Positions 28,219-38,637 are shown, counted from the first letter of the stretch. The stretch is DNA of 54,030 nt from an uncultured bacterium (GCA_964619725.1 CAZUFC010000054.1:1-54030), one strand, 5' to 3'. Made by a program: numbers and translations. Notes: a model not told the origin generated them from the letters alone.

Positions 28219-28988
28219 TCCTTTTCCTTCTTCTTTTTCGCTAAAAATCTTGAAACGATGAGGCTGATCTCAAATAAAACAAAAATAGGACCGGCCATCA
28301 TTAATTGCGTTATGACGTCCGGGGGAGTCAAAAAAGCTCCGGCAATAACCGTGATCAACAGTACATATTTTCTTTTTTTTGCCAGAGCATCCGGCGTGAC
28401 TATACCTATTCTGGTCAGAAATATAATGACCAGCGGCAGTTCAAAGACTATTCCGAATGCCAGCAGCAGACGAGTGCTGAATTTAAGGTAATCTTTGATC
28501 TGTATCATTGGCTGGATGTAGTCCGGCGTCAGGTTGATGAAAAACTTGAAACCCAGCGGAAAAACCTGCGAATAACCGAATAACGCACCAGTTATGAACA
28601 GAACAGACGATATTCCCACAAAGGGAATGGCGTACTTCTTTTCATGCCCGTACAAACCGGGAGCAATGAATCGCCATATCTGATAAAAAATGTAGGGAGA
28701 AGCGCATATTATTCCAGCGATGACCGCGACATGAAGATATGTGAAAAAAGGTTCGGGAACTGAGGTAAAAACCAGCGGAGTCCCCTCCGGAAGCGCCTTT
28801 CTTAAAGGAGCCGCCAGAAGCTCGAAAAGCTTTTTCGAGAAAAAAAGACTGATGATGACAAAAACGCCCGTACCCAAAAACGCCTTAATGAGGATAGACC
28901 TCAGTTCTTCCAGATGTTCTATGAAAGACATGGTTTTGGTAGATTCAGACGCCGTGTCGTATTTTTCTTTATCAGGTCTGTCGCTCAT
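28215..28988 (-). CDS. tatC: Sec-independent translocase subunit TatC
   Basis: Motifs [27 protein letters not shown] and LTPPD. Confidence 0.97.
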   Translation of the reverse strand: MSDRPDKEKYDTASESTKTMSFIEHLEELRSILIKAFLGTGVFVIISLFFSKKLFELLAAPLRKALPEGTPLVFTSVPEPFFTYLHVAVIAGIICASPYIFYQIWRFIAPGLYGHEKKYAIPFVGISSVLFITGALFGYSQVFPLGFKFFINLTPDYIQPMIQIKDYLKFSTRLLLAFGIVFELPLVIIFLTRIGIVTPDALAKKRKYVLLITVIAGAFLTPPDVITQLMMAGPIFVLFEISLIVSRFLAKKKKEKD

Positions 28989-29226
28989 TCTCTGAAGAAT
29001 CTTCTTGCTCGTTGTTCTCCTGGTGATCCGTATCAGGTTCCTCTTTCTTTTGCCGGCTTTCCGCCTCTAATTTATGCATGGCATCCTGCAGTTCGCTGGA
29101 TGCTTTTCTGAATTCAGCCATGCCTCGCCCCAAAGCCTTTCCTAATTCCGGCAACCGCTTGGGACCGAAAATAATCAATGCAACGATCAAAATTATAAGC
29201 AATTCCGGTATACCTATTCCAAACAT
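28972..29226 (-). CDS. tatA: Twin-arginine translocase TatA/TatB subunit
   Basis: [33 protein letters not shown]. Confidence 0.93.
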   Translation of the reverse strand: MFGIGIPELLIILIVALIIFGPKRLPELGKALGRGMAEFRKASSELQDAMHKLEAESRQKKEEPDTDHQENNEQEDSSENERQT

Positions 29227-29271
29227 ATTTATTCCTCCCGCAGGAGAGTCATAAAAATAACCATGAAATTT

Positions 29272-30300
29272 TCAACTCCATTTTCCGCATCGAGACCCCC
29301 AGCACGCCGCCTGTTCACCGTCGACGAAAATTCTGAGTATCTCGCAATGATTAGGACACTCTTCGCATTCAAAACTCTTAGTCGCTATTTTTTGTATGTC
29401 CACTCCATCAAAACCTCTGAACCGAGTGCCGTTAAGTCCGTTTTTTCTGGCTTCCTGCGCCAGAAAGGCAGCGCCGACAGCGCCCATGACAGTGCAGTTT
29501 TCAGGGACGATTATACTTTGCTTCAGGTATTTTTCGAAAGCTCTCCGTATGCCTTCATTTGCAGCTACGCCTCCCTGAAAAAGAATCGGTCCCCGTATTT
29601 CCTTTCCGCGAGCGACGTTGTTGATGAAATTTCTCACCAAAGCTTCACATAATCCTGCAACTATATCTTCAACAGGATGCCCCAGTTGCTGCTTATGGAT
29701 CATATCCGATTCAGAAAACACCGTACATCGTCCTGCTATGTGAGTCGGATGCCTGGATTTTAACGCCAGGTCCCCGAATTCCTCCACTGGGATATCCAGC
29801 CTCGCTGCAGTCTGATCGAGAAAAGACCCTGTTCCTGCTGCACAGACAGTGTTCATGGAAAAATCGACAACGACGCCTTCCCTTATCAGAATAATCTTGG
29901 AATCCTGACCGCCTATCTCTATTACTGTTTGCACATCCGGACACTCTCTCATGGCGCTCATAGCGTGAGCCGTTATCTCATTCTTTATTACATCCGCTCC
30001 AACGACCAGACCGGTCAGTTTTCTTCCGCTTCCTGTCGCGCCGACTCCGTTGACGAAAAATTGTCCGTTCAGTTTATCGTTTAATTCCGTAAAGGTCCCC
30101 TGTATGGCCGTTAAAGGAGTCCCCTTCGTTCTTTTATAAGTAACATGCAAAATGTTTCCGCGCTCATTTATGATCGACGTATTCGTGCTGACCGATCCGA
30201 CGTCTATTCCCAGATATATATTTTCTTTTTCCTCTTTCACTTTTTTCGCTCCCCAAAGAAACGTCTTCTTATTATAGTAATAATCGGGCTTCAGTATCAA
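29272..30300 (-). CDS. 2-hydroxyacyl-CoA dehydratase activase (HgdC; BadF/BadG/BcrA/BcrD ATPase)
   Basis: Motifs GIDVGSVST, ATGSGR, NEITAH, EIGGQDSK, MNTVCAAGTG and RCTVF, plus C-terminal CEECPNHC. The true start may be GTG 30240. Confidence 0.9.
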   Translation of the reverse strand: MILKPDYYYNKKTFLWGAKKVKEEKENIYLGIDVGSVSTNTSIINERGNILHVTYKRTKGTPLTAIQGTFTELNDKLNGQFFVNGVGATGSGRKLTGLVVGADVIKNEITAHAMSAMRECPDVQTVIEIGGQDSKIILIREGVVVDFSMNTVCAAGTGSFLDQTAARLDIPVEEFGDLALKSRHPTHIAGRCTVFSESDMIHKQQLGHPVEDIVAGLCEALVRNFINNVARGKEIRGPILFQGGVAANEGIRRAFEKYLKQSIIVPENCTVMGAVGAAFLAQEARKNGLNGTRFRGFDGVDIQKIATKSFECEECPNHCEILRIFVDGEQAACWGSRCGKWS

Positions 30301-30436
30301 GCATGATCAGCATAACTCAGTCAGCGTCCGAAAATCTCGAAAAAAGTTATACTCCGGCAGACCTCATTTGATTGACACAGATGAATTCTCAGTTTTTAAC
30401 GGCTTTTTCAGGCATCCCAAAAACAACGCCTGATTT

Positions 30437-30838
30437 TCAGTCCACTTCCTTTCTCTTATTCAGTATTTTCTGAATACTGAACGCCGGCCAAAGGGTAAAA
30501 GCGAGTATGCTGAAAAAACATATCATTCCTATCATCCCATAACTGAAATGACTCGTATCCAGGCCGTCCGGCGGCGACCACAGAAACATGTAGAGCTTGA
30601 TGAGCAATCCTGCAATAATTCCGAAAACAGTAAAAATCGAAAGGCTCCGCAATTCTTTTTTATAATCCTTTCCCTCCTTTGTTTGAAAAAGGATTATTGC
30701 CGCAGGTAAAAGAAGAACTCCCGGCATCCACAAAGGCAGGCTCCGAAAAAAGCTGAACTCTCCGATCGTAAAAGCAAAGATGAAGTAAACGATCAGTAGA
30801 GTGGTAAATCGCGTGTTATATCTGTTTTCTCTCGTCAT
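30437..30838 (-). CDS. Hypothetical membrane protein (about 4 TM)
   Basis: 133-aa ORF with four hydrophobic segments. Confidence 0.65.
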   Translation of the reverse strand: MTRENRYNTRFTTLLIVYFIFAFTIGEFSFFRSLPLWMPGVLLLPAAIILFQTKEGKDYKKELRSLSIFTVFGIIAGLLIKLYMFLWSPPDGLDTSHFSYGMIGMICFFSILAFTLWPAFSIQKILNKRKEVD

Positions 30839-30939
30839 GCACTCAATCGGTCGAATGAATCATCGCCTTTCCGTATAGACCTTTTAACCGGCATATCACT
30901 CGACGGTCAGGTTCAGCGCGTTTCTGTTTCTTCAACGCG

Positions 30940-32202
30940 CTAGTCGCGCAACCAGACCGGAATGCCGTCTTTGATGACCACATGGACATGGTTTTCCCCG
31001 AAATGATACATCCAGTAAGCGATGTCCGGAACATCGACTATCAAAAGGTCCGCCCGTTGACCCACGCAGATGTTCCCTCTGTCCTCTCCCCGGGCGACAG
31101 CGTAAGCCGCGTTGACCGTTGCCGCTCCAAGGACTTCATCAGGCGTCATTTTCATTTGCGTGCAGGCCTTCGTCATTATGAGCGGCAAATTCTGCGTCAT
31201 GCATGAACCGGGATTAAAATCGGTCGCTAAAGCTACCGGCAGTCCTGCATTGATTAAACGCCTTGCATCCGGGTACTTATCCATGCCCATGAAAAAATCG
31301 CAACCCGGCAGCAGTACGGGTATCACCTGATTTTTTTTCAGCGCCTCTATTCCCCTTGACGAAATATACTCCAGATGGTCCGCCGATATCGCTTTGACTT
31401 CACCCGCCAATTCAGCTCCGCCTGAATCGGTCAGTTGTTCCGCATGAATTTTGGGCTTCATACCATATTGACATCCCTTTTGTAAAACTCTCCTGGACTC
31501 ATCTACAGTAAATACCCCTTCCTCGCAAAAAACGTCGCAGAACTCAGCCAATCCCGACTCTCCGACATGCGGAATCATCTCTTCCAGAACCGTATCCAGG
31601 TAATCCTGCTTGCTCGATACTTCAGGGGGCATTTCATGAGCGCCCAGAAATGTGGGAATGACATCTACAACATGCACCTCCTGCAACTTCGCAGCCGCTC
31701 TCAACATCTTTACTTCCGTTTCAAGATTCAACCCGTATCCCGATTTCACTTCCACGGTGGTTATACCGAAATTCAAAGCCTTATCCAATCGCTCGACACC
31801 GCTGTCTATCAATTCATCCTCTGAAGCCTTTCGCGTATCTCCTACAGTTCTTTTTATTCCGCCGCCTTCCGCAGCTATTTTCATATAAGGCACGCCTTGA
31901 AGTTTTTTTTCAAATTCGTCCTGACGCGTTCCTGCAAAAATGGTATGAGTATGGCAGTCAATCAGCCCCGCTGTTACCAATTTTCCCGATGCATCTATAA
32001 TGTCTGCAGCATTGTGCTTCGCATATTCCTCCGGTAATTCAGTTTCAGAGCCTAACCAGACTATTCGATCTCCCTCTATTATTACGGTCGTCTTTTCCTG
32101 TACTATAGGATGCCTCAAAGCTTCAGAAAAAACTCCCGATCCTTTCTTTGAATCATACGAAATTACAGTACCGTTTCGTATCATTAATATTGATTCTGTC
32201 AT
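30940..32202 (-). CDS. hutI: Imidazolonepropionase
   Basis: Motifs GLIDCHTH, GGGI..TV, EVKSGYGL, PTFLGAH, DVFCE, HAEQL, SADHLE and ATDFNPGS. Confidence 0.95.
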   Translation of the reverse strand: MTESILMIRNGTVISYDSKKGSGVFSEALRHPIVQEKTTVIIEGDRIVWLGSETELPEEYAKHNAADIIDASGKLVTAGLIDCHTHTIFAGTRQDEFEKKLQGVPYMKIAAEGGGIKRTVGDTRKASEDELIDSGVERLDKALNFGITTVEVKSGYGLNLETEVKMLRAAAKLQEVHVVDVIPTFLGAHEMPPEVSSKQDYLDTVLEEMIPHVGESGLAEFCDVFCEEGVFTVDESRRVLQKGCQYGMKPKIHAEQLTDSGGAELAGEVKAISADHLEYISSRGIEALKKNQVIPVLLPGCDFFMGMDKYPDARRLINAGLPVALATDFNPGSCMTQNLPLIMTKACTQMKMTPDEVLGAATVNAAYAVARGEDRGNICVGQRADLLIVDVPDIAYWMYHFGENHVHVVIKDGIPVWLRD

Positions 32203-32461
32203 ATATGTTCCTATGAAAATAATGAACTGACGGCACGATCATGGCGTCTGAGAACAATAGTCCCTATTCATAAGTTTAAGCGACTAATTACGGAGCAGTC
32301 CTGCAAGAATGCGCCGACAGTTCCTGTAATGAAAAACATCCTTGCAACCATCCAATTATTTACCCATCCAGCCCTTGCCGCTTTCCGGCCAAACGAGATG
32401 AAATGCCTTCATGGAAGCTAATCCATAACTATGGATTTTCCACCGGCTTTCCTCTTCTTTG

Positions 32462-32614
32462 TTATGATTGTTTTTCTTCCTTTTCTTCTTTCTCAGGATG
32501 AATCGGAAACGATATCGTCGTACCTTTGTTGCGCAACCTGGCTTTTCTGGCCTTGCCGCTCTTAACCCTTCTGTGGTGTCTTCTTCTCTTGGTTTTCTTT
32601 GTGTTCGATGCCAT
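32462..32614 (-). CDS. Small highly basic protein (50 aa), below the ORF-track cutoff
   Basis: MASNTKKTKRRRHHRRVKSGKARKARLRNKGTTISFPIHPEKEEKEEKQS*, preceded by a GAAAGGA RBS. Confidence 0.6.
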   Translation of the reverse strand: MASNTKKTKRRRHHRRVKSGKARKARLRNKGTTISFPIHPEKEEKEEKQS

Positions 32615-32766
32615 GTTTTCACATCCTTTCCGTATAGTCTGACGCGATCCGCATTAACGTCGATTTCACACGACCAGCGATCTGACGCAAGCTATTAATA
32701 CAACATTTCCGAAAAAAAAACCACACCAAAATGAAAACTCACCCGGTTTTGTTTCAGAAATGAGCA

Positions 32767-34047
32767 TTAAACGCGAAGGATCTTTTTACATTTTTTGAGT
32801 AAACGGACTGCAAGAAATTTACTTTTCAGTTCGCTCAGCTTTCTCCTGCGATCGAGATAAATGATCCTGGAATAGTCGAGGGCTTCTTCCCAGTCAGAAA
32901 TGATGAATCGCCCATTTTCCCTGGCGGTAAGATAGAGTTTTGAGCCGGGGAATGGCATGCTGGGCTGAAAGATCAATCTATCGGCCGGCAATTTTAAGCC
33001 GAATTTTATCGTTTCCCAGGATTCTTTTTTTGTTTCCGTCGGAATACCGAGTGAAAAAGAAGCTGTAGATTTGATACCCGCTTTTCTAACCATCAAAATG
33101 TCTTCATGGACTTTTCCAAGGTCTACGTCAGTGTTTAAAACTTTTAGAAGTCTCGCGCAGCCGGCGCCCAGGCCAAAGAAAATTTCCTCGCAACCAGCTT
33201 TTTTCATAATTTCAACCAACTCGGGATCGATGAAACCAATCCTCGTATAACATATCCAAGGGAGACCCGCGCTGATGTCAATCAGAGCCCTGCTGAGTTC
33301 AATGGCACGTTTTCTGTTCAGAGTAAAAGTTTCATCGTAAAATTCGATTTTTTCAATGCCTGAGTTTTCTTTTAATTTAATAATCTGGTTAATAACCCTT
33401 TCGATGCTGTATTCTCTGACGGGTCCCGGCCCGAATTTCTGATGAGGACACTGTGCGCATCGAAAAGGACAACCTCTAAATGTCAGGATATGACCCAGTT
33501 TGCCTTCCGGGCCGCTTCCCCCCGGGAACAAATCCCAGGCGGGGTCAGGCCAGTCGTCGAGCGAATCGATCATATCAGCCGGAGGATTATGTACGACTTT
33601 TCCATCCGACAATACGGAAACGCCTCGAATGCTTCGCCAGTCCCTCTTTTGTTCAATAGCTTCAAGCAGCGCCTTAAAAGCGATTTCCGCTTCTCCCCTG
33701 ATAACCAGTTCCGCATCTTTATGCCGCAAAAATTCTTCGGGAAAATTCGTAGCCTGAATGCCCCCAAAGACTATCGGAAGTTCAGGAAACTGGTCTTTGA
33801 TGACTTGGGCGGTTTTGAGAGTTTGCGAGCGGTTGAGGATATATGTGTCGAATCCGATTAATTGAAAGGTGTTCCATGACCTATCATATTCTTTTATCAG
33901 GTTGTCGGCGTCCATGCCATGTTTTATTTTCACATCCCATCCGCATTGTCTAGCCACAGCCGCAACGCTTGCCAATCCGGCAGGCAGGGGAGAAGGGAAG
34001 GGTTTGTTCCAATGAGGATATAGGCAGACCAGTAAAGCTCTCATCAT
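32767..34047 (-). CDS. B12-binding radical SAM protein
   Basis: N-terminal cobalamin-binding-like domain (PAGLASVAA, IVFGGIQAT, VIRGEAE) and a CxxxCxxC motif (RGCPFRCAQC). Confidence 0.88.
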   Translation of the reverse strand: MMRALLVCLYPHWNKPFPSPLPAGLASVAAVARQCGWDVKIKHGMDADNLIKEYDRSWNTFQLIGFDTYILNRSQTLKTAQVIKDQFPELPIVFGGIQATNFPEEFLRHKDAELVIRGEAEIAFKALLEAIEQKRDWRSIRGVSVLSDGKVVHNPPADMIDSLDDWPDPAWDLFPGGSGPEGKLGHILTFRGCPFRCAQCPHQKFGPGPVREYSIERVINQIIKLKENSGIEKIEFYDETFTLNRKRAIELSRALIDISAGLPWICYTRIGFIDPELVEIMKKAGCEEIFFGLGAGCARLLKVLNTDVDLGKVHEDILMVRKAGIKSTASFSLGIPTETKKESWETIKFGLKLPADRLIFQPSMPFPGSKLYLTARENGRFIISDWEEALDYSRIIYLDRRRKLSELKSKFLAVRLLKKCKKILRV

Positions 34048-34128
34048 TTTTTAAGGACTCTTCTCACTGTATACTTTAATATTCTCCAAGTTCAAAACCT
34101 GCCTGTCACAGTAATCCTTGCTGAAATA

Positions 34129-36057
34129 TCAAGGGTCCGTATCTTCAATCAGCTCCATAAGGTCTGTTTCAGGCATAATGCCTTCGCCGTGATTTCTATC
34201 GATATGGATTCTTTCCCATAACTCCAGCAAGGCCAAATTCCAAAGTTTAAAAGGAGCTTTTTCTTTGCCTGAATAAAAATCATCGACGATCCTCCGAACC
34301 TCATCGGCTTTAAATCTTCCTCTACGCTCCATGGAAGCTGGAGATAAAAGGCGCTGTATCGCCGATTTCAAACAGCCCCTCGCCCAAACTGACATCGGTA
34401 CGATAAAACTCATTTTTTTTCGTTTACGCGTCACTTCAGGCAAAAAATCACCCAGCGCCTTTATCATAGAAGTTCTTAATCCCATATCGCCGTATTTGAG
34501 TCTAAAAGGCAGAACCGCAGCGGCTCGAAGCACATTCTTGTCCATAAGAGGACTTCTGGCTTCCAGCGAATGAGCGAAAGACATCTGATCCAGATCGCGA
34601 ATCTGCAAATTTATCACTTCATGCTGCACGAAAAGATAAAAAAATTGATCAAACTCAGAGATACCGTCGATTTCTGAAAGCAAACGCCTGATTACTTTAT
34701 CGGATATTTCCGGCTCCGGAAGACTTTTGAAGAAATCTTCTCTGTAAAGCGCTGGTCTCTCATCATTTTTAAAGACAAATTTAAGGTGTTCGTATTTTTC
34801 GGCGGTACCAAGCGAATAAGTCAATAAACGATTTATCCTTCTCAGCAACCTGTTTTCTGAAACCTTCCCTCCTTCGCTTTTGAAAATTTCCAGTAATTTT
34901 CTGCGGAATGAGGGTGAAAGATGCTCTACGAAACGCTCAAATTTATTCAATCGAAAAAGCTGGTAATACCAGTGACTGCCCACGAATATCTCATCGCCGC
35001 CGGTGCCGGTCAAGGCTGCATCGCACTCCTGCGAAGCGAATTTCGACACCAGGTAGCTGTTTATGGCATCTCCGCTGGGCTGCTCCATAGAACGGACGAT
35101 CATCGGCATTTCATCATAGACATCATGCGCCTTAAATCCAAATTCGTAATGCTCCGTTCCAAACTTACCGGCGATCGCCTTCGCATAATCGAATTCGTTG
35201 AATTTGCCGTATTCGTCGTCGCCGGTATAACCGATGGTGAAAGTTTTTAAAGGTTTGTCCCTCATGCGTGACGCCAGTCCTACAACAGCCGTCGTATCAA
35301 AACCGCCGCTCAAGAACGCCCCAGGGTCATCCGTCCGCAGACATCTTGAAACCGCCCCTTTCACCGCCTTTCTGACATCATCTATTAACGCGTCATCCGG
35401 CTTTCGATCACCCTCGCCACAGCTCAGCGTCGAAGAAAACATATTGAACGCAATATCCGTCTCGCAAGAACCTGAGTTTAAATCCTTGACCATGATCCCG
35501 CCGGCCCTGAGCTGTCTGACGTCCGAAAAATAGGTATAAGGGTCCGGTAATGTTATCATCGCTAAATATAAGTCTGTCGAAACCGTTTCTGTGCGGCGGC
35601 CGGCAAGTCCGGTCATGGTCAAAGAACAAATTCTCGAAGCACATGAAAAAAGACCTTCCTGATCGCTGTAATATAACGGTCGGGAACCTGATGGATCACG
35701 ATAAAGGATAATTTTTCCCGACTTTTCATCTATAATGACGAGAGAAAAAAATCCCTCCAGCCTGCTTAATCCTCCGGCTCCTTCCTTCTTATAAAAATCA
35801 AGGACGGAACCGGCCTCTCCAGGACAGGAAAAAAAACCGTCCCATACAGCTAAAAGACCTCTGTGGGAATCCTGCTCGAAAGGCTTTGAATTCAGTCTAT
35901 CATAAACGCCGGCGCCGGCTGCGCCCCCATCGCAATCAAACCACTTCATGCCGTCAGGAGCACGCAATTTATTGCTAATTCGTATCTGAAGCTTTTCATC
36001 TTCAGTCAACTTCCTGGTAGTAAAAAAAAATGCGCCCATTCGCTTTAAATCCCCCAC
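34129..36057 (-). CDS. Asparagine-synthetase-like ATP pyrophosphatase lacking N-terminal Cys
   Basis: Motifs RDPSGSRPLYY, PP-loop FLSGGFDT, GTGGDEIF and SLEARSPLMD. There is no MCGI start. Confidence 0.85.
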   Translation of the reverse strand: MGDLKRMGAFFFTTRKLTEDEKLQIRISNKLRAPDGMKWFDCDGGAAGAGVYDRLNSKPFEQDSHRGLLAVWDGFFSCPGEAGSVLDFYKKEGAGGLSRLEGFFSLVIIDEKSGKIILYRDPSGSRPLYYSDQEGLFSCASRICSLTMTGLAGRRTETVSTDLYLAMITLPDPYTYFSDVRQLRAGGIMVKDLNSGSCETDIAFNMFSSTLSCGEGDRKPDDALIDDVRKAVKGAVSRCLRTDDPGAFLSGGFDTTAVVGLASRMRDKPLKTFTIGYTGDDEYGKFNEFDYAKAIAGKFGTEHYEFGFKAHDVYDEMPMIVRSMEQPSGDAINSYLVSKFASQECDAALTGTGGDEIFVGSHWYYQLFRLNKFERFVEHLSPSFRRKLLEIFKSEGGKVSENRLLRRINRLLTYSLGTAEKYEHLKFVFKNDERPALYREDFFKSLPEPEISDKVIRRLLSEIDGISEFDQFFYLFVQHEVINLQIRDLDQMSFAHSLEARSPLMDKNVLRAAAVLPFRLKYGDMGLRTSMIKALGDFLPEVTRKRKKMSFIVPMSVWARGCLKSAIQRLLSPASMERRGRFKADEVRRIVDDFYSGKEKAPFKLWNLALLELWERIHIDRNHGEGIMPETDLMELIEDTDP

Positions 36058-36185
36058 GCTAAAATCGTCATAATACTTTTATTCCAAACATTGGACAAAC
36101 ATTCCTGCAGGTAAACGCATCTCGTCCGCCGCGTTAATATCAAAATTTCCGCTCGTTGCCGTCGCGTTTTTAATTCCAACAGGAA

Positions 36186-37418
36186 TTAATTCTCCATATC
36201 GGGAATCTTAAAAATAAGACGGGACTGGCCGATCATGATGTCATCGCCTGGTTTGAGCACCTGTTCTTTTACTCTTACTCCGTTGATGAAACTTCCGTTA
36301 GAACTGTCCACATCAATGAGCGCATATTGATGACTTTTATACACGACCTGAGCGTGATGTCTGGATACGCTGGTATCTTCCGATAATTGAATATCGTTAT
36401 CCATACCTCTGCCGATTTTAACCAGCGGCGTGGTGATTGGATAAGACTGACCTTTATGCTCCCCCTCAATTATTTCCAATATTGGAATAGGCCCTGCCGC
36501 CTTCTTCTGCTCCTCTTCCTCCTCCAACGATTCTTCCAGATCCTCAGAAAGGTCTCTTCTTATCGTCGGCGACTCGTCGTCAAAAGAGTCGTCATCCAAA
36601 TCTTCCAGATATTCTTCAAAATCCTCGTCATCCAATTCGAAATCAGACAGACTCTCATCTTCCTCAACCGCCTCAACCTCTGACGCTTCTTCATGTTCTT
36701 CTTCCGCCTTTTCTGCCGCCTCTTCCTCCTGTTCCGATTCCACTAATTCCTCAATCGCCGCCACGTCACTCCTGGAACTTTTTTGCTGCTTTCCAACATC
36801 TCGGGCGCCGGATACCTCATATTCAGCCGATTCCTCCTCAAGCTCTTCCTCTTCCTCTTCTTCTTCTTCTTCCGTCTCCTCAAGCCCCTCCGTCAAGTTC
36901 TCAACCGCCTGTTCGATGTCAGCAGAAAGATCAACGCCCATTTCCTTCTCAAGCGGCTCCACGGAACTGATGTTTTCCTGATACAGCTTAATCACTGCGT
37001 CCATACCGGCAATACGGGACTTGATCTTCTCTACCTGCGATTTGATATCTTCCTTCCGGGGACCAAAATCTTCATTGGAAAATTCTCCCGCCAGATGCCT
37101 TAATTCAAGCTCTTCCTGATCCTCAATCTTCAATTCCAGTTCCGTATTAAGCTTAACCTTCTCCTGATCCTTCGCCTGTATCGCTTCTTCCAGCTTCAGC
37201 TTGTGAGGCTTAATCTGTTTCAGAAGCTCTGTAAGTTTCGACGTATACTCGCTTTTAACCTTCTTGAAAACCTTTTCACGGACCTTCTCTTTATGCTTCT
37301 TGACGAGATCCAATCTTTCCTGATAAGTGCCGATTTCCTGACGGATCGATTTGAACTCTTTCAGAAGAGGGTCTTCCTCTTCCGCTATTTTACGTTCTTC
37401 TTTTCTTTTCTCATCCAT
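36186..37418 (-). CDS. Coiled-coil / acidic linker / FHA-domain protein
   Basis: C-terminal KIGRG..NDI...SVSRHHA...SSNGSFING, a long Glu/Asp-rich linker and N-terminal heptads. Confidence 0.88.
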   Translation of the reverse strand: MDEKRKEERKIAEEEDPLLKEFKSIRQEIGTYQERLDLVKKHKEKVREKVFKKVKSEYTSKLTELLKQIKPHKLKLEEAIQAKDQEKVKLNTELELKIEDQEELELRHLAGEFSNEDFGPRKEDIKSQVEKIKSRIAGMDAVIKLYQENISSVEPLEKEMGVDLSADIEQAVENLTEGLEETEEEEEEEEEELEEESAEYEVSGARDVGKQQKSSRSDVAAIEELVESEQEEEAAEKAEEEHEEASEVEAVEEDESLSDFELDDEDFEEYLEDLDDDSFDDESPTIRRDLSEDLEESLEEEEEQKKAAGPIPILEIIEGEHKGQSYPITTPLVKIGRGMDNDIQLSEDTSVSRHHAQVVYKSHQYALIDVDSSNGSFINGVRVKEQVLKPGDDIMIGQSRLIFKIPDMEN

Positions 37419-37623
37419 TTCGATTCTCCTGCAACAAAATTCATTTTCATTTTAATAGTATACTGATTGTTTCCACTTACGGCAAGTCCCAAATATTGAT
37501 CTTAAAATCAATCAAATGGGCTCTGCTTTATAATCGATGCCTCCTGTTAAACAAATTAAATGATTTCCTTTCTTTAAAAATGTATTTTTCAATCTTCGCG
37601 CTCGTCCTTCATTGAGCCGATTA

Positions 37624-38637
37624 TTAAGTCATCAATGCAGAGATTTTCGTTTCAAGCAGAAATCGAGTCGCTTCTTCGGGCGGAGTAGGATTGATATAGA
37701 AACCTGTTCCCCACTCGAATCCAGCGACCTTGGTCAGTTTCGGCATAATCTCAATGTGCCAGTGATAATAGGGATTGTTTCGCTTGTTGAATGGAGAAGT
37801 GTGCAAAACGAAATTATAAGGAGGATTCTCCAGAACGCAATTTATCCGAACGAGGATTTCTTTCATAACCCGGGCTAAAGAGTGAATATGAATTTCCAGC
37901 GCATCTTCAAAGCTGGAATCGTGTTTTTTCGGGAGGACCCATGTTTCAAACGGGAATCTTGGGGCGTAAGGAGCCAGCGCCACGAAATGTTCGTCCTGGA
38001 TGATCACACGAACGTTGTCTTCTAATTCCTGATCAATGATGTCGCAGAAAATGCACCTTTCTTTGTAATTGAAATAAGCGCGTGCCCCTGTTAATTCTTC
38101 AACGACCCTTTTAGGCACAATCGGCATCGCTATAATCTGTGAATGAGAATGCTGAAGCGATGCGCCGGCGGCTTTGCCTTCATTCTTGAAAACCAGCGCA
38201 TAACGGAACCTCCTGTCCTTTTGTAAGTCCAGTATGCGGTCCCTGTAGGCCCAAAACACATCCTGCACTCCTTTGTCGTCCAGGTCCGCAAGGGTCTTTG
38301 AATGGTCAGGCGTCTCTATGACCACTTCATGCGCGCCGATCCCATTCATCTTGTCGAAAATACCTTCACCCCTCCTGTGTATGTCTCCTTCAATCTGCAA
38401 CGCCGGAAATTTATTTGAAACAACCCGTAAAAACCATCCCTCACCGTTCTTTAAACTGCCCGATCTCCTGTAGGCCAATATTTCCGGCGGCGTCTTGTCC
38501 TCATGTCCTTCACAAAAAGGGCAAAATTTGTTCTCGCGTTCCTCCCGGCCGGACCCAAAATCGGAAGGCCGCTTTCCACGCTCCGTTGATATGATTACCC
38601 ATCTCCCGATTATCGGGTCTTTCCGTAATTCCGGCAT
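37624..38637 (-). CDS. galT: Galactose-1-phosphate uridylyltransferase
   Basis: MPELRKDP...RGKRP, CPFC, NKFPAL, GAHEVVIE and GASLQHSHSQ. Confidence 0.95.
   Translation of the reverse strand: MPELRKDPIIGRWVIISTERGKRPSDFGSGREERENKFCPFCEGHEDKTPPEILAYRRSGSLKNGEGWFLRVVSNKFPALQIEGDIHRRGEGIFDKMNGIGAHEVVIETPDHSKTLADLDDKGVQDVFWAYRDRILDLQKDRRFRYALVFKNEGKAAGASLQHSHSQIIAMPIVPKRVVEELTGARAYFNYKERCIFCDIIDQELEDNVRVIIQDEHFVALAPYAPRFPFETWVLPKKHDSSFEDALEIHIHSLARVMKEILVRINCVLENPPYNFVLHTSPFNKRNNPYYHWHIEIMPKLTKVAGFEWGTGFYINPTPPEEATRFLLETKISALMT

Noticed and set aside
32203-32460. Riboswitch upstream of hutI
   Set aside because: No recognisable aptamer consensus by eye; an Rfam scan would be needed.
32356-32622. 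88-aa ORF from the track
   Set aside because: Its GTG start directly abuts the RBS-like sequence. The alternative 50-aa frame has proper RBS spacing and a more coherent sequence.
32462-36057. Lasso peptide cluster
   Set aside because: No B1/RRE or B2 peptidase gene is present, and the 50-aa ORF lacks a typical lasso leader/core pattern.
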